Shown: piece by piece, positions 1-7,970 of the stretch | Layout of the letters: each line of letters starts with the position of its first letter | How positions within the stretch are numbered: position 1 is the stretch's first letter | Assembly (NCBI GenBank): GCA_016219165.1 | Contig: JACRCB010000013.1 | Location: 1-26,179, forward strand | DNA from: Deltaproteobacteria bacterium | GTDB taxonomy: Bacteria; Desulfobacterota; GWC2-55-46; DRQE01 | Direction: 5' to 3' | DNA length: 26,179 nucleotides | Position numbers and translations under genes: made by a program | The notes under the pieces: model-generated | What the model was told of the DNA's origin: nothing | Seen by the model: only the letters and a program-made list of their open reading frames with translations | Databases searched by the model: none

Positions 1-227
1 ACCTGCCCCCTCTTTACCATGGCCTTAAGGAGTTCTATGTATCCCGGACGCCATTCGGAGAGCCAGTCCAGCAGGAACCCGGATGTATGGAAACAGAATT
101 TGAAAGACGGTTTTTCGTAGAGTTTCTTAAGGAGGGGCTCGTATGCCTTACTGTAGGCATGTTCGAGGACATAGCCGAAGTTCCCCGCCGGCTGGTGGTT
201 ATGGACGCAGAATATAAAATATGTCAT
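1..227 (-). CDS. Glycoside hydrolase family 57 (alpha-amylase/4-alpha-glucanotransferase), 5' part only, runs off the window; absent from the ORF track
   Basis: Manual translation from ATG 227: MTYFIFCVHNHQPAGNFGYVLEHAYSKAYEPLLKKLYEKPSFKFCFHTSGFLLDWLSEWRPGYIELLKAMVKRGQ. HNHQP-GNF, H-SG-LL-WL and GQ(VE) are typical GH57 N-terminal motifs. ATG overlaps the TGA at 224-226 (ATGA). Confidence 0.82.
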   Translation of the reverse strand, partial: MTYFIFCVHNHQPAGNFGYVLEHAYSKAYEPLLKKLYEKPSFKFCFHTSGFLLDWLSEWRPGYIELLKAMVKRGQ

Positions 228-382
228 AAGAGTTCGACTACGTGCATAACCTTTGCCTTTACGCCGAAACGGTGGAGGGCGTCTTTAATCTGTATTATAC
301 ACCCGGGGCACGCCGTCGCAACCACGTCGGCGCCGGTTTTTCTCACGTCCTCGGCCTTCATCCGCGCTATATCCATGGAGAG
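224..382 (-). pseudogene. glcF: C-terminal 52 codons of the GlcF-like gene, stranded behind an in-frame TAA
   Basis: Same frame as ORF 383-1495, after TAA 383-385: LSMDIARMKAEDVRKTGADVVATACPGCIIQIKDALHRFGVKAKVMHVVELL-TGA. ATACPGC and HVVELL are canonical ends of CCG-domain proteins. Confidence 0.85.
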
Positions 383-1495
383 TTAGTAGTTTTCAAGGCT
401 TAACCCTCCGCCAAGCCCGCAGCACCTGCATGGGTGCTTCAACCCCTTGAACCCCGCGCCGCAAGCGGCAAGAAGCCTTCTGGGTTGTTCGCTCACCCCC
501 TGGTATCTTCTCAGATGGCAGGGGTCGTGGTAGGTCACAACGAGGTTGCGGTTACCTTCCTTGACGCCGCCCTTGTATGGAAGTTCATGTGTGAGGAGTT
601 CCGTTATGTCCCTCACCTTTGAGACAAACCTTTCAACGCGGGAGCGAATCTCGGGCCCTTCGGTTGAAAGGAGGACTCTAAAGACGTTCTTAAGGCCGTG
701 GCCGCATGTGGCGCATGAGGTGACGATAAAGTCGGCGCCGGTTTCCTCAAACGCCTCGATATTTTTTATCGCGAGGGATTTTGCGGTCTCCCTGTCTCCT
801 GCGGAGAAGGCCGGCATGCCGCAGCAGACCTGCCCCTGCGGCACGATAATATCCGCCCCGCCTTCCTTAAGAAGGCGGATGGTGGCCTCTCCTATATCGG
901 GCAGGAAATAGTTTATGCCGCACCCTGCATAGAAAGCGACCTTCGCGGCTCCTCCCTTCCCCTCGCGGCGCGCCTCGGTAGAAAGGGCCTTTACATGCTT
1001 ACGGTCGAGAAAAAATCTTTCGGACAGTTCAGGGAGAAGCCTTCCGTCGCCTACAACCGGGAGATTGAACCTGCTTAAGAGTCCGCATTCTTCGCCTGCG
1101 CCTTTGAAAAACAACCCCTGAAGTTTCGAGGCGAACCGAAGGGCCAGGGGCATGAGTTTCTCGGAGGCGAGGAAATTCTTCAACACGAACGAAGCCGGAA
1201 ATGTCATCCCCTCTTTCTCCACTATTTCGGCCCTCGCCGCAAGCACAAGTTCCGGCACATTGACCCCGTTGGGGCAATTCGAATAACATGCCCCGCAAAG
1301 GGTGCATTCCTTCATGTGCCTTACGTATGCCTCCTTAAAACCACCCTCCCCCCCGAACCTCGACTCCACCAAAGAGAGCCGCCCCCTCGGGCTTCCTCCT
1401 TCCCTCCTTAAGACGTCGTAGGTGGGGCAGAAACTCTTGCAGATGCCGCACCTTACGCATTTGGACGCTTCCATTATGTATGCGCTCTTATCCAT
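383..1495 (-). CDS. glcF: Glycolate/lactate oxidase Fe-S subunit (GlcF-like; 2x[4Fe-4S] plus CCG domains), prematurely terminated; full gene would span 224-1495 (423 aa)
   Basis: CVRCGICKSFCP and CTLCGACYSNCP ferredoxin motifs; CCG motifs (QVCCGMP, YHDPCHL, CRCCGLGG); downstream of glcD. Confidence 0.88.
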   Translation of the reverse strand: MDKSAYIMEASKCVRCGICKSFCPTYDVLRREGGSPRGRLSLVESRFGGEGGFKEAYVRHMKECTLCGACYSNCPNGVNVPELVLAARAEIVEKEGMTFPASFVLKNFLASEKLMPLALRFASKLQGLFFKGAGEECGLLSRFNLPVVGDGRLLPELSERFFLDRKHVKALSTEARREGKGGAAKVAFYAGCGINYFLPDIGEATIRLLKEGGADIIVPQGQVCCGMPAFSAGDRETAKSLAIKNIEAFEETGADFIVTSCATCGHGLKNVFRVLLSTEGPEIRSRVERFVSKVRDITELLTHELPYKGGVKEGNRNLVVTYHDPCHLRRYQGVSEQPRRLLAACGAGFKGLKHPCRCCGLGGGLSLENY

Positions 1496-1515
1496 TCTTC
1501 TCTTTTAGGGAAGCT

Positions 1516-1794
1516 CTGATTAATTCTTTTGAGAGAAACTTTTTATAAAAAGTTTCTCTCAAACTCTCTTCAAAAATTTTCAGTTACTATAGGTGGCTGC
1601 CACACCCTAACCGGAAAACCATATGAATTTATTGACAAAAATAACCGGGTGGGGCAGCCACCTATAACTGAAAGTCTTTGGAAAGAGGCAGGGCTCCCAT
1701 TGCTGCGCAGCAATTGCAATGGGAAGTGGAGAACCTTTCCGACCCACCCTGCGGGTGGGTGCCCGAAGGTTTCCCCCAAAAAGCATTTAATCAG
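1516..1794. repeat. Composite inverted-repeat element (family I, REP/BIME/MITE-like): two inverted units around a 39-bp AT-rich spacer
   Basis: Left unit 1516-1607 and right unit 1647-1794 (reverse complement) share CTGATTAA..TTTTG(A/G)G(A/G)GAAAC at the outer end and TTTCAGTTA(C)TAGGTGGCTGCC.CACCC at the inner end. Perfect 36-bp palindrome at 1528-1563. Confidence 0.85.
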
Positions 1795-1801
1795 AAGTTG
1801 C

Positions 1802-3202
1802 TTAAATATAACCGGGGCTCCGCTCCTTTGAAAATATCTTGCCGGGATTAAGTATCCCGTTCGGGTCGAGTGTTCTCTTTATCTTCCTCATTACCTCGAT
1901 GGTATCAGGGGTAAGTTCCATTGAGAGGTAAGGCAGTTTGGCGATACCGATGCCGTGTTCCCCCGAGATGGTTCCGCCCAGACTCAAGGTAAGTTCAAAT
2001 ATATCTTTTACCGCATCCTCCCCGCGTCCGGTTTCATCCGCGTTAGTCTTGTCGAACATGACGTTTACGTGAATATTGCCGTCTCCCGCGTGTCCGAAAC
2101 TCGCTATCAGGACCCCTCTCGTTTCCGCTATACCCCTTATGCCCCTTACCAGTTCCACAAGGCGGGACCTTGGAACAACAACGTCCTCGTTCAATTTGTT
2201 GGGCCTGACCCTATTAAGGGACGGAGAGACGTTCCTCCTCACCCTCCAGATGTCCTTTACTTCGTTCTTTGTAGAGGCGACCCTGAATCCCACGGCCTTG
2301 TTTTCCGTGGAGATACGTCTTATGTCCTCTACATCCGCCCCCACACCGTCCTCCCTTCCATCTACCTCGACAAGGAGGACGGCCTCAACGCCGCCGAACC
2401 CCGCCTTTACGTACTCCTCCACACACCTCAAACATACGCTGTCCATAATCTCAAGCGTTGCCGGCACTATCTTTGCGTTTATTATTGACGACACCGCGCC
2501 TGCCGCATCCTCAAGGCTTTTAAAGGTAATGAGCATGGTTTTCTGCGCTGGAGGCAGAGGCAGGAGTCTTAAGAACGCCCTCGTTACAACCCCGAGCGTC
2601 CCCTCGCTTCCGACGATAAGCCTTGTAAGGTCATAGCCCACAACCCCCTTGAGTGTCTTCCTCGTCCCTGTAAAGACAATCTCGCCCGTCGGCATGACAA
2701 CCTCAAGGCCCAGGACATAATCCCTCGTAACCCCGTATTTTATCGCCCTCGGTCCTCCGCTGTTTTCGGCGATGTTACCGCCTATGGTCGAAAACTTAAC
2801 GCTCGTAGGGTCGGGCGGATAGAAAAGGCCGCGGCTTTCGGCCTCGGCCTGCAAATCCCCGGTGATAACGCCGGGCTCGACATCCGCCGTGAGATTTTCC
2901 GCGTCTATCTCCCTTATATTCCTCATCCTTTCCAATGAGAGCGTAAGCCCCCCCTCGATTGGGAGGCTTCCCCCGGTAAACCCGGTGCCCGCACCCCTCG
3001 GCACCACCGGGAAGTTCTCTCTGTTCGCCATCTTTAGTATACGGGAGATATCCCCGGCGCCGCCGGGGAAGGCGACTCCGTCCGGAGGATACTTCCTGTT
3101 CATCGCATCGTAGGAATAGGAAACGAGAGCCTCCCTTTCAAAGGAGACGTTCCCTTTTCCGAGTATCTTCACAAGTTCGCCTCTGAGCGCGGCGGACAGC
3201 AT
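1802..3202 (-). CDS. glcD: FAD-linked oxidase, glycolate oxidase subunit GlcD family
   Basis: PRGAGTGFTGG FAD-binding motif, YPPDPTS, STIGGNIAENSGG, GSEGTLG, HAGDGNIH, SGEHGIG, LDPNGILNPGK. Confidence 0.9.
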   Translation of the reverse strand: MLSAALRGELVKILGKGNVSFEREALVSYSYDAMNRKYPPDGVAFPGGAGDISRILKMANRENFPVVPRGAGTGFTGGSLPIEGGLTLSLERMRNIREIDAENLTADVEPGVITGDLQAEAESRGLFYPPDPTSVKFSTIGGNIAENSGGPRAIKYGVTRDYVLGLEVVMPTGEIVFTGTRKTLKGVVGYDLTRLIVGSEGTLGVVTRAFLRLLPLPPAQKTMLITFKSLEDAAGAVSSIINAKIVPATLEIMDSVCLRCVEEYVKAGFGGVEAVLLVEVDGREDGVGADVEDIRRISTENKAVGFRVASTKNEVKDIWRVRRNVSPSLNRVRPNKLNEDVVVPRSRLVELVRGIRGIAETRGVLIASFGHAGDGNIHVNVMFDKTNADETGRGEDAVKDIFELTLSLGGTISGEHGIGIAKLPYLSMELTPDTIEVMRKIKRTLDPNGILNPGKIFSKERSPGYI

Positions 3203-3207
3203 ATTTC

Positions 3208-3882
3208 CTACGCTTCCTCCTCTTTGAGCACATAACCGACCCCCCTGACCGTGTGTATGAGCCTCTTTAAGGGGTCTTTGTCAATCTTATTCCTCAAGTG
3301 GTTTATGTAAACGTCAACGACGTTTGTTTCCGTGTCGAAACTCTGGCTCCATACGTGCTCCGCTATGAGAGTCCTCGAAAGGACCCTGTTGGGGTTCCTG
3401 AGCAAATACTCAAGGAGGGCGTATTCCTTTAGCGTAAGTTCGACCTCAACACTCCCGCGCCGGGCCTTCCTCGTTTGCGAGTCGAGGCTTAAGTCCGCAA
3501 ACTTCAACAGCGCAGACCCCTGCGAGACCCTTCTCGTAAGCGCCCTTATCCTTGCGAGCAACTCCTCGAAGGCAAACGGTTTTGTAAGATAATCGTCCGC
3601 CCCCAGATTAAGCCCCGCCACTCTGTCCTCGACCGAATCGCGCGCCGTCAAAAGCAGTATCTGGCTCTTGACCTTCCCCTGTTTAAGAAGTTTTAGGACC
3701 TCAAGCCCGCTCTTCTTCGGCAGCATTATGTCGAGCACTATGACATCGTACTCGCGGCCCTGTGCATACTCTTCGGCCTCTACGCCGTCGGTCGCCATAT
3801 CAACGCCGTAACCCTCCTGTTCAAGCCCGCGTTTTACGAACCGGGCCACTTTCTTTTCGTCTTCGACTACAAGCACCCTCAT
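3208..3882 (-). CDS. OmpR-family response regulator (CusR/CzcR-like)
   Basis: MRVLVVEDE receiver start, VLDIMLP phospho-acceptor, GADDYLTKPF, winged helix LTLKEYALLEYL...VDVYINHLRNKID...TVRGVGY. Start moved to ATG 3882. Confidence 0.92.
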   Translation of the reverse strand: MRVLVVEDEKKVARFVKRGLEQEGYGVDMATDGVEAEEYAQGREYDVIVLDIMLPKKSGLEVLKLLKQGKVKSQILLLTARDSVEDRVAGLNLGADDYLTKPFAFEELLARIRALTRRVSQGSALLKFADLSLDSQTRKARRGSVEVELTLKEYALLEYLLRNPNRVLSRTLIAEHVWSQSFDTETNVVDVYINHLRNKIDKDPLKRLIHTVRGVGYVLKEEEA

Positions 3883-3890
3883 AGAGCCGA

Positions 3891-5162
3891 TTACCTCCCG
3901 TGACAATACCTTATGAAGGAAACGGGCAGGTCGTTCTCTGAAACCCTGCCTATTGCCGTCATCGAAATGTTGCCGGGCTTGAGAAGCCTTGCGGCTAACT
4001 CCCTTACATCCGCCGCCCTTACGCCGTCTATCGCCGATATTATCTCTTTTACAGGCACTACCCTCTTAAAGTATATCTCATCCCTCGCGAGTTTGGTCAT
4101 CCGGGCATCGCTTGCCTCGAGCCCCAACAGCATCCCGCCCTTTAACTGCTCCCTCGCCACCTTAAGTTCCTCTCTCCCGACAGCCCTCGCCAGACCCTTC
4201 CATTCCTTGATTACAAGGCTTACGACCTTCTTGAAATCCTCCCTGGATGTGCCTGCATAAACAACAAGGGCGCCCGCGTCCTTCATGAGGTTGAGATAAG
4301 AATAGACCGAGTACGCAAGCCCCCTCTTCTCCCTGATTTCCTGAAAGAGCCTCGAACTCATCCCCCCTCCGAGGATGTTGTTAAGTATGTAAAGTTTATA
4401 CCTGTCTTCATGGGATTGAGCGGGCGCAGGCACCCCGATGCACAGATGTACCTGCTCAAGTTTCTTCCTTACAAGCCTGACGCCGCTTTCCGGCCTCGGG
4501 GGTGTGGAGGGATTGCCGCCTCCCTTCCCCTTTGCCCCCTTGAGGGCCTTCTCTAATAATTTTACCACATTTTTAGCCTTTATTCCTCCTGCGATGGATA
4601 TAAAGACATTCCCTGCGTGGTAGTGCCTTCCGAAATAATCGAGCACGTCGCCCTTCATGAAAGAACCAACGGTCTTTTTGCTGCCCAGGACCGGAGTCCC
4701 GAGGGGATGGCCATGCCACATGTATGCCGCAAAGAGGTCATGTATGAGGTCGTCCGGGGTATCGTCGACCATCTTTATCTCCTGTAGAACCACCATCCTT
4801 TCCTTTTCGAGTTCCACCGGGTCGAAGACGGAATTGAGGAATATGTCGGAAAGGATGTCCATGGCAAGGGGGACGTCTTTATTGAGGACCTTCGCATAAA
4901 AGCAGGTATATTCCCTGCTCGTGAAGGCATTGAGTATACCCCCGACACTCTCTATATCCTTTGCTATGTCGAGCGCGGTTCTTTTGCGCGTGCCCTTAAA
5001 GAGAAGATGCTCTATGAAATGGGAGATTCCCCTCTCTTTAGCCTCCTCGTCCCTTGAGCCGTTTTTGACCCACACCCCGACGGTGGAGGATTGGCACTCG
5101 GGCATCTCCTCTGCGATTACCTTAACGCCGCTCTCTAAAATGGTCTTATGGATGCGTGACAT
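3891..5162 (-). CDS. M16 (pitrilysin-family) zinc peptidase
   Basis: Inverted zinc motif HFIEH in GISHFIEHLLFKGT, NAFTSREYTCFY, LGGGMSSRLFQEIREKRGLAYSV. Start moved to ATG 5162 (MSRIHKTILESG); the upstream 30 codons are hairpin DNA. Confidence 0.92.
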   Translation of the reverse strand: MSRIHKTILESGVKVIAEEMPECQSSTVGVWVKNGSRDEEAKERGISHFIEHLLFKGTRKRTALDIAKDIESVGGILNAFTSREYTCFYAKVLNKDVPLAMDILSDIFLNSVFDPVELEKERMVVLQEIKMVDDTPDDLIHDLFAAYMWHGHPLGTPVLGSKKTVGSFMKGDVLDYFGRHYHAGNVFISIAGGIKAKNVVKLLEKALKGAKGKGGGNPSTPPRPESGVRLVRKKLEQVHLCIGVPAPAQSHEDRYKLYILNNILGGGMSSRLFQEIREKRGLAYSVYSYLNLMKDAGALVVYAGTSREDFKKVVSLVIKEWKGLARAVGREELKVAREQLKGGMLLGLEASDARMTKLARDEIYFKRVVPVKEIISAIDGVRAADVRELAARLLKPGNISMTAIGRVSENDLPVSFIRYCHGR

Positions 5163-5190
5163 AAAGGGGTTCTTATGTGAGAGAAACTTC

Positions 5191-5249
5191 CGGATTAAGG
5201 GGAAGGTCCCAGAAGGAGCGGGACATTCCCCTGTACGTGAGTTAATCCG
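5191..5249. repeat. Nested stem-loop upstream of the M16 peptidase gene
   Basis: CGGATTAA (5191-5198)/TTAATCCG (5242-5249) enclosing GGGGAAGGTCCC (5199-5210)/GGGACATTCCCC (5220-5231). Confidence 0.6.
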
Positions 5250-5274
5250 CACAGATTAAGAACGGTTTGGGATT

Positions 5275-5306
5275 AAAATTCTCCGCCATAAATGACGGAG
5301 AATTTT
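5275..5306 (-). terminator. Probable intrinsic terminator downstream of pnp
   Basis: Perfect 11-bp stem AAAATTCTCCG/CGGAGAATTTT. On the minus strand the stem extends through a U-G pair (GUCA/UGGC) and ends in a U run. Confidence 0.6.
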
Positions 5307-5334
5307 GATGGCAAGGTGTGCCGTCTTTTATATT

Positions 5335-5400
5335 TGCCCGCCCGACCCATCCTTCGGCTGGGTACCCCGCGCCCTTGAAAGGGCGGGATTGCGGCGGGCA
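5335..5400. repeat. Multi-hairpin element just downstream of pnp
   Basis: Outer stem TGCCCGCC/GGCGGGCA enclosing ACCCATCC-TTC-GGCTGGGT and GCCCT-TGAA-AGGGC hairpins. Confidence 0.6.
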
Positions 5401-5424
5401 CTCCATTCCAAAGAACTAAAGAGG

Positions 5425-7518
5425 CTAACCCTGGGGAAGGGTCTGTCCGAGGGCATCTTTTCTCGAAAGTTTTATCTTGCCGTCCCTGTCGACATCTATG
5501 ACCTTAACGAGGACTTCATCTCCTTCCTTCAGGATGTCCCTCACGTTCTTTACCCTTTCTTCGGCGAGTTGGGATATGTGTATAAGGCCGTCGGTGCCCG
5601 GGAATATCTCCACGAAGGCCCCGAATTCCATTATCTTTCTCACCTTTCCGAGGTAAAGTTTCCCGACCTCCGCCTCCTGCGTCAGCCTTCTTATAATCGC
5701 TATCGCTTTCTTTGCGGCATCTTCGTCGACGGAAGCGATATTCACCCTGCCGTCGTCCTGGATGTCTATCTTTACCCCTGTCTCATGCACAATGGCCTTT
5801 ATGTTCTTCCCGCCTGGCCCGATTACGTCTTTTATCTTCTCGATTCTTACCTGTATCGTGATAATCCTCGGCGCATAGACGGAGAGTTCAGCCCTGGGTT
5901 TATCTATGGCCTCCTCCATCTTGCCGAGAATCTTCAACCTCCCTTCCCTTGCCTGGAAGAGCGCCTCGCGCATTATCTCGGCGGTAACGCCCCCTATCTT
6001 TATGTCCATCTGGAGGGCCGTAACCCCGTCCTTTGTGCCTGCCACCTTGAAGTCCATATCCCCGAGATGGTCTTCGTCCCCGAGTATGTCCGAAAGCACA
6101 ACGTATCTTTCGCCCTCTTTGATAAGTCCCATCGCAATGCCCGCGACATGGCACTTGACCGGCACCCCGGCGTCCATAAGGGAAAGCGACGCCCCGCAGA
6201 CCGTGGCCATCGAAGAGGAGCCGTTACTTTCGAGGATGTCCGAGACGACCCTTACGGTATATGGGAACGCACCCTCCTCGGTCGGGAGTATCTTCGAGAC
6301 CGCCCTCTCCGCGAGTGCGCCGTGCCCTATCTCCCTCCTTCCGGGCCCTCTCAGAATCTTAACCTCCCCCACTGAAAAAGGCGGGAAGTTGTAGTGCAGC
6401 ATGAACGTCTTGTATTCCCATCCCGAGAGCGCGTCTATCTTCTGCTCATCCTCCGATGTGCCCAGCGTTGTCGCTACCATGGCCTGTGTCTCTCCCCTGG
6501 TAAAAAGCGCCGAGCCGTGGGTTCTCGGAAGTATCCCGACCTCGCAGTTTATCTCTCTTATGTCCGTCGGACTCCTGCCGTCCACCCTTGCGCCGTCGAG
6601 GACATTCTTTCTCATTATGGCGTACTTAAGGTCGCCGAATATCTGGATTATATCCCCTTCCCTGCCCTCGAACTCGCCCGAGAGGGCGGATAGAACCTCT
6701 TTTTTAATCTCGCCGATTCTCCCGTATCTCTCGAGTTTCGTCCTGATGCCGAGCGCCTCCTTGAGTTTATCCTCCGAGAGTCCCCTGACCCTTCCCTCAA
6801 GCTGGGGGTCGGCGGGCGCAACATCGACTGCTATCTTCTCAACCCCGCATTCCTTTATAATCCTTTTTTGCAGTTCCAATATGCCGCGCATGCTCTCCTG
6901 AGCAAACTCAAGCGCCGCAACAAGGGTATCTTCCGGAATGAACCTCGCCCCTCCCTCGACCATGATGATGCCGCTTTCCGAGCCGGCCACGAGAAGGTCT
7001 ATATCGTTCGCTTTCTGCTCGGCGAGGGACGGGTTGCATACGAAGGCTCCGTTGAGCCTGCCGACCCTCGCGGAGGCTATGGGGCCGTCGAAAGGGATGT
7101 CCGAAATCCCCAATGCAATGGATGCCCCGATTGCAGCGATAATCTCCGGGTTGTTTTCCTGGTCTACGGAAAGCACCGTTGAAACGACCTGGGTTTCATG
7201 GCTGTACCCTTCTTTGAAGAGCGGCCTTAAGGGCCTGTCTATGAGCCTCGAACATAAAACCTCCCTCTCGCTCGGGCGCCCTTCGCGTTTAAAGAACCCG
7301 CCTGGGATCTTTCCCGCGGCATATGTCATCTCAAGATAATTCACGGTAAGGGGGACGAAGTCGAGCCCCTCCTTAGCCTCAGCGGCCCTGCACGCCGTCG
7401 TAAGCACGACCGTATCGCCGTATCTTATGGTGCAACTGCCGTTGGCCTGTTTCGCCATCTTTCCCACCTCTATCCTGATGGGCCTGCCAGCATAATCCAT
7501 CTCGTATATCTTTACCAT
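5425..7518 (-). CDS. pnp: Polyribonucleotide nucleotidyltransferase (PNPase)
   Basis: [54 protein letters not shown] and S1 domains; follows rpsO. Confidence 0.98.
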   Translation of the reverse strand: MVKIYEMDYAGRPIRIEVGKMAKQANGSCTIRYGDTVVLTTACRAAEAKEGLDFVPLTVNYLEMTYAAGKIPGGFFKREGRPSEREVLCSRLIDRPLRPLFKEGYSHETQVVSTVLSVDQENNPEIIAAIGASIALGISDIPFDGPIASARVGRLNGAFVCNPSLAEQKANDIDLLVAGSESGIIMVEGGARFIPEDTLVAALEFAQESMRGILELQKRIIKECGVEKIAVDVAPADPQLEGRVRGLSEDKLKEALGIRTKLERYGRIGEIKKEVLSALSGEFEGREGDIIQIFGDLKYAIMRKNVLDGARVDGRSPTDIREINCEVGILPRTHGSALFTRGETQAMVATTLGTSEDEQKIDALSGWEYKTFMLHYNFPPFSVGEVKILRGPGRREIGHGALAERAVSKILPTEEGAFPYTVRVVSDILESNGSSSMATVCGASLSLMDAGVPVKCHVAGIAMGLIKEGERYVVLSDILGDEDHLGDMDFKVAGTKDGVTALQMDIKIGGVTAEIMREALFQAREGRLKILGKMEEAIDKPRAELSVYAPRIITIQVRIEKIKDVIGPGGKNIKAIVHETGVKIDIQDDGRVNIASVDEDAAKKAIAIIRRLTQEAEVGKLYLGKVRKIMEFGAFVEIFPGTDGLIHISQLAEERVKNVRDILKEGDEVLVKVIDVDRDGKIKLSRKDALGQTLPQG

Positions 7519-7629
7519 CTCAATCCTTTCTACCCGTTAGTAAAAACCCTAAAGTCAAAAAATATAAGTTCGCGCATAACATCGCGTCCGTCCGCGCAGG
7601 CGCGATAACGGCCGGCTTTGAGGCCTTCG

Positions 7630-7896
7630 CTACTTTCTCAGCCCGAGTTTGGTGATGAGTTTTTCGTAACGGCTTCCGTCCTTTCTCTTCAGATACTCAA
7701 GGAGCCTTCTCCTGTGCCCCACCATCTTAAGAAGCCCCCTCCTCGAGTGGTGGTCCGAGGTGTGCACCTTGAGGTGTGAGCCAAGGTAGTCTATCCTGCC
7801 GCTTAAGAGCGCCACCTGCACCTCGGCGGAGCCGGTATCTCCCTCATGGGTCTTGAACTCCCGTATAATCTCCTGTCTCTTTTCGCTGGTAATCAT
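7630..7896 (-). CDS. rpsO: 30S ribosomal protein S15
   Basis: [39 protein letters not shown]; 88 aa. Confidence 0.98.
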   Translation of the reverse strand: MITSEKRQEIIREFKTHEGDTGSAEVQVALLSGRIDYLGSHLKVHTSDHHSRRGLLKMVGHRRRLLEYLKRKDGSRYEKLITKLGLRK

Positions 7897-7970
7897 CTCT
7901 CTTTATTAACCTCCTTAAAAAGTCTTTACCGTGGGGAACATCTTTACAAGAGAATTCCGGCCAAATGTTA

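Noticed and set aside
383-385. Selenocysteine or pyrrolysine recoding of the glcF stop
   Set aside because: The codon is TAA, not TGA or TAG; the position is not a Cys/Lys catalytic site; TAA terminates other genes in the window.
87-386. 99-aa plus-strand ORF
   Set aside because: Antisense to the GH57 start and the glcF tail, both of which carry clear family motifs.
1632-1637. Perfect TTGACA in the element spacer as a plus-strand promoter
   Set aside because: No -10 hexamer 16-18 bp downstream (the sequence there is GC-rich) and no plus-strand gene to drive.
1529-1831. ORFs 1529-1831 (+) and 1570-1779 (-) with similar peptides (ETF...QKFSVTIGGCHT / ETF...QRLSVIGGCPT)
   Set aside because: The similarity comes from the inverted DNA repeat. 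There is no RBS or protein motif, so there is no support for a toxin-antitoxin or peptide pair.
5163-5252. 30-aa N-terminal extension of the M16 peptidase
   Set aside because: The region is hairpin DNA, and family similarity starts at MSRIHKTILESG (ATG 5162).
5305-6375. 356-aa plus-strand ORF and other long antisense ORFs (1955-2488, 11670-12392, 11780-12508, 13913-14611, 20015-20839, 20074-20823)
   Set aside because: They are shadows of well-conserved minus-strand genes, have no recognisable motifs, and are expected from codon bias at this GC content.
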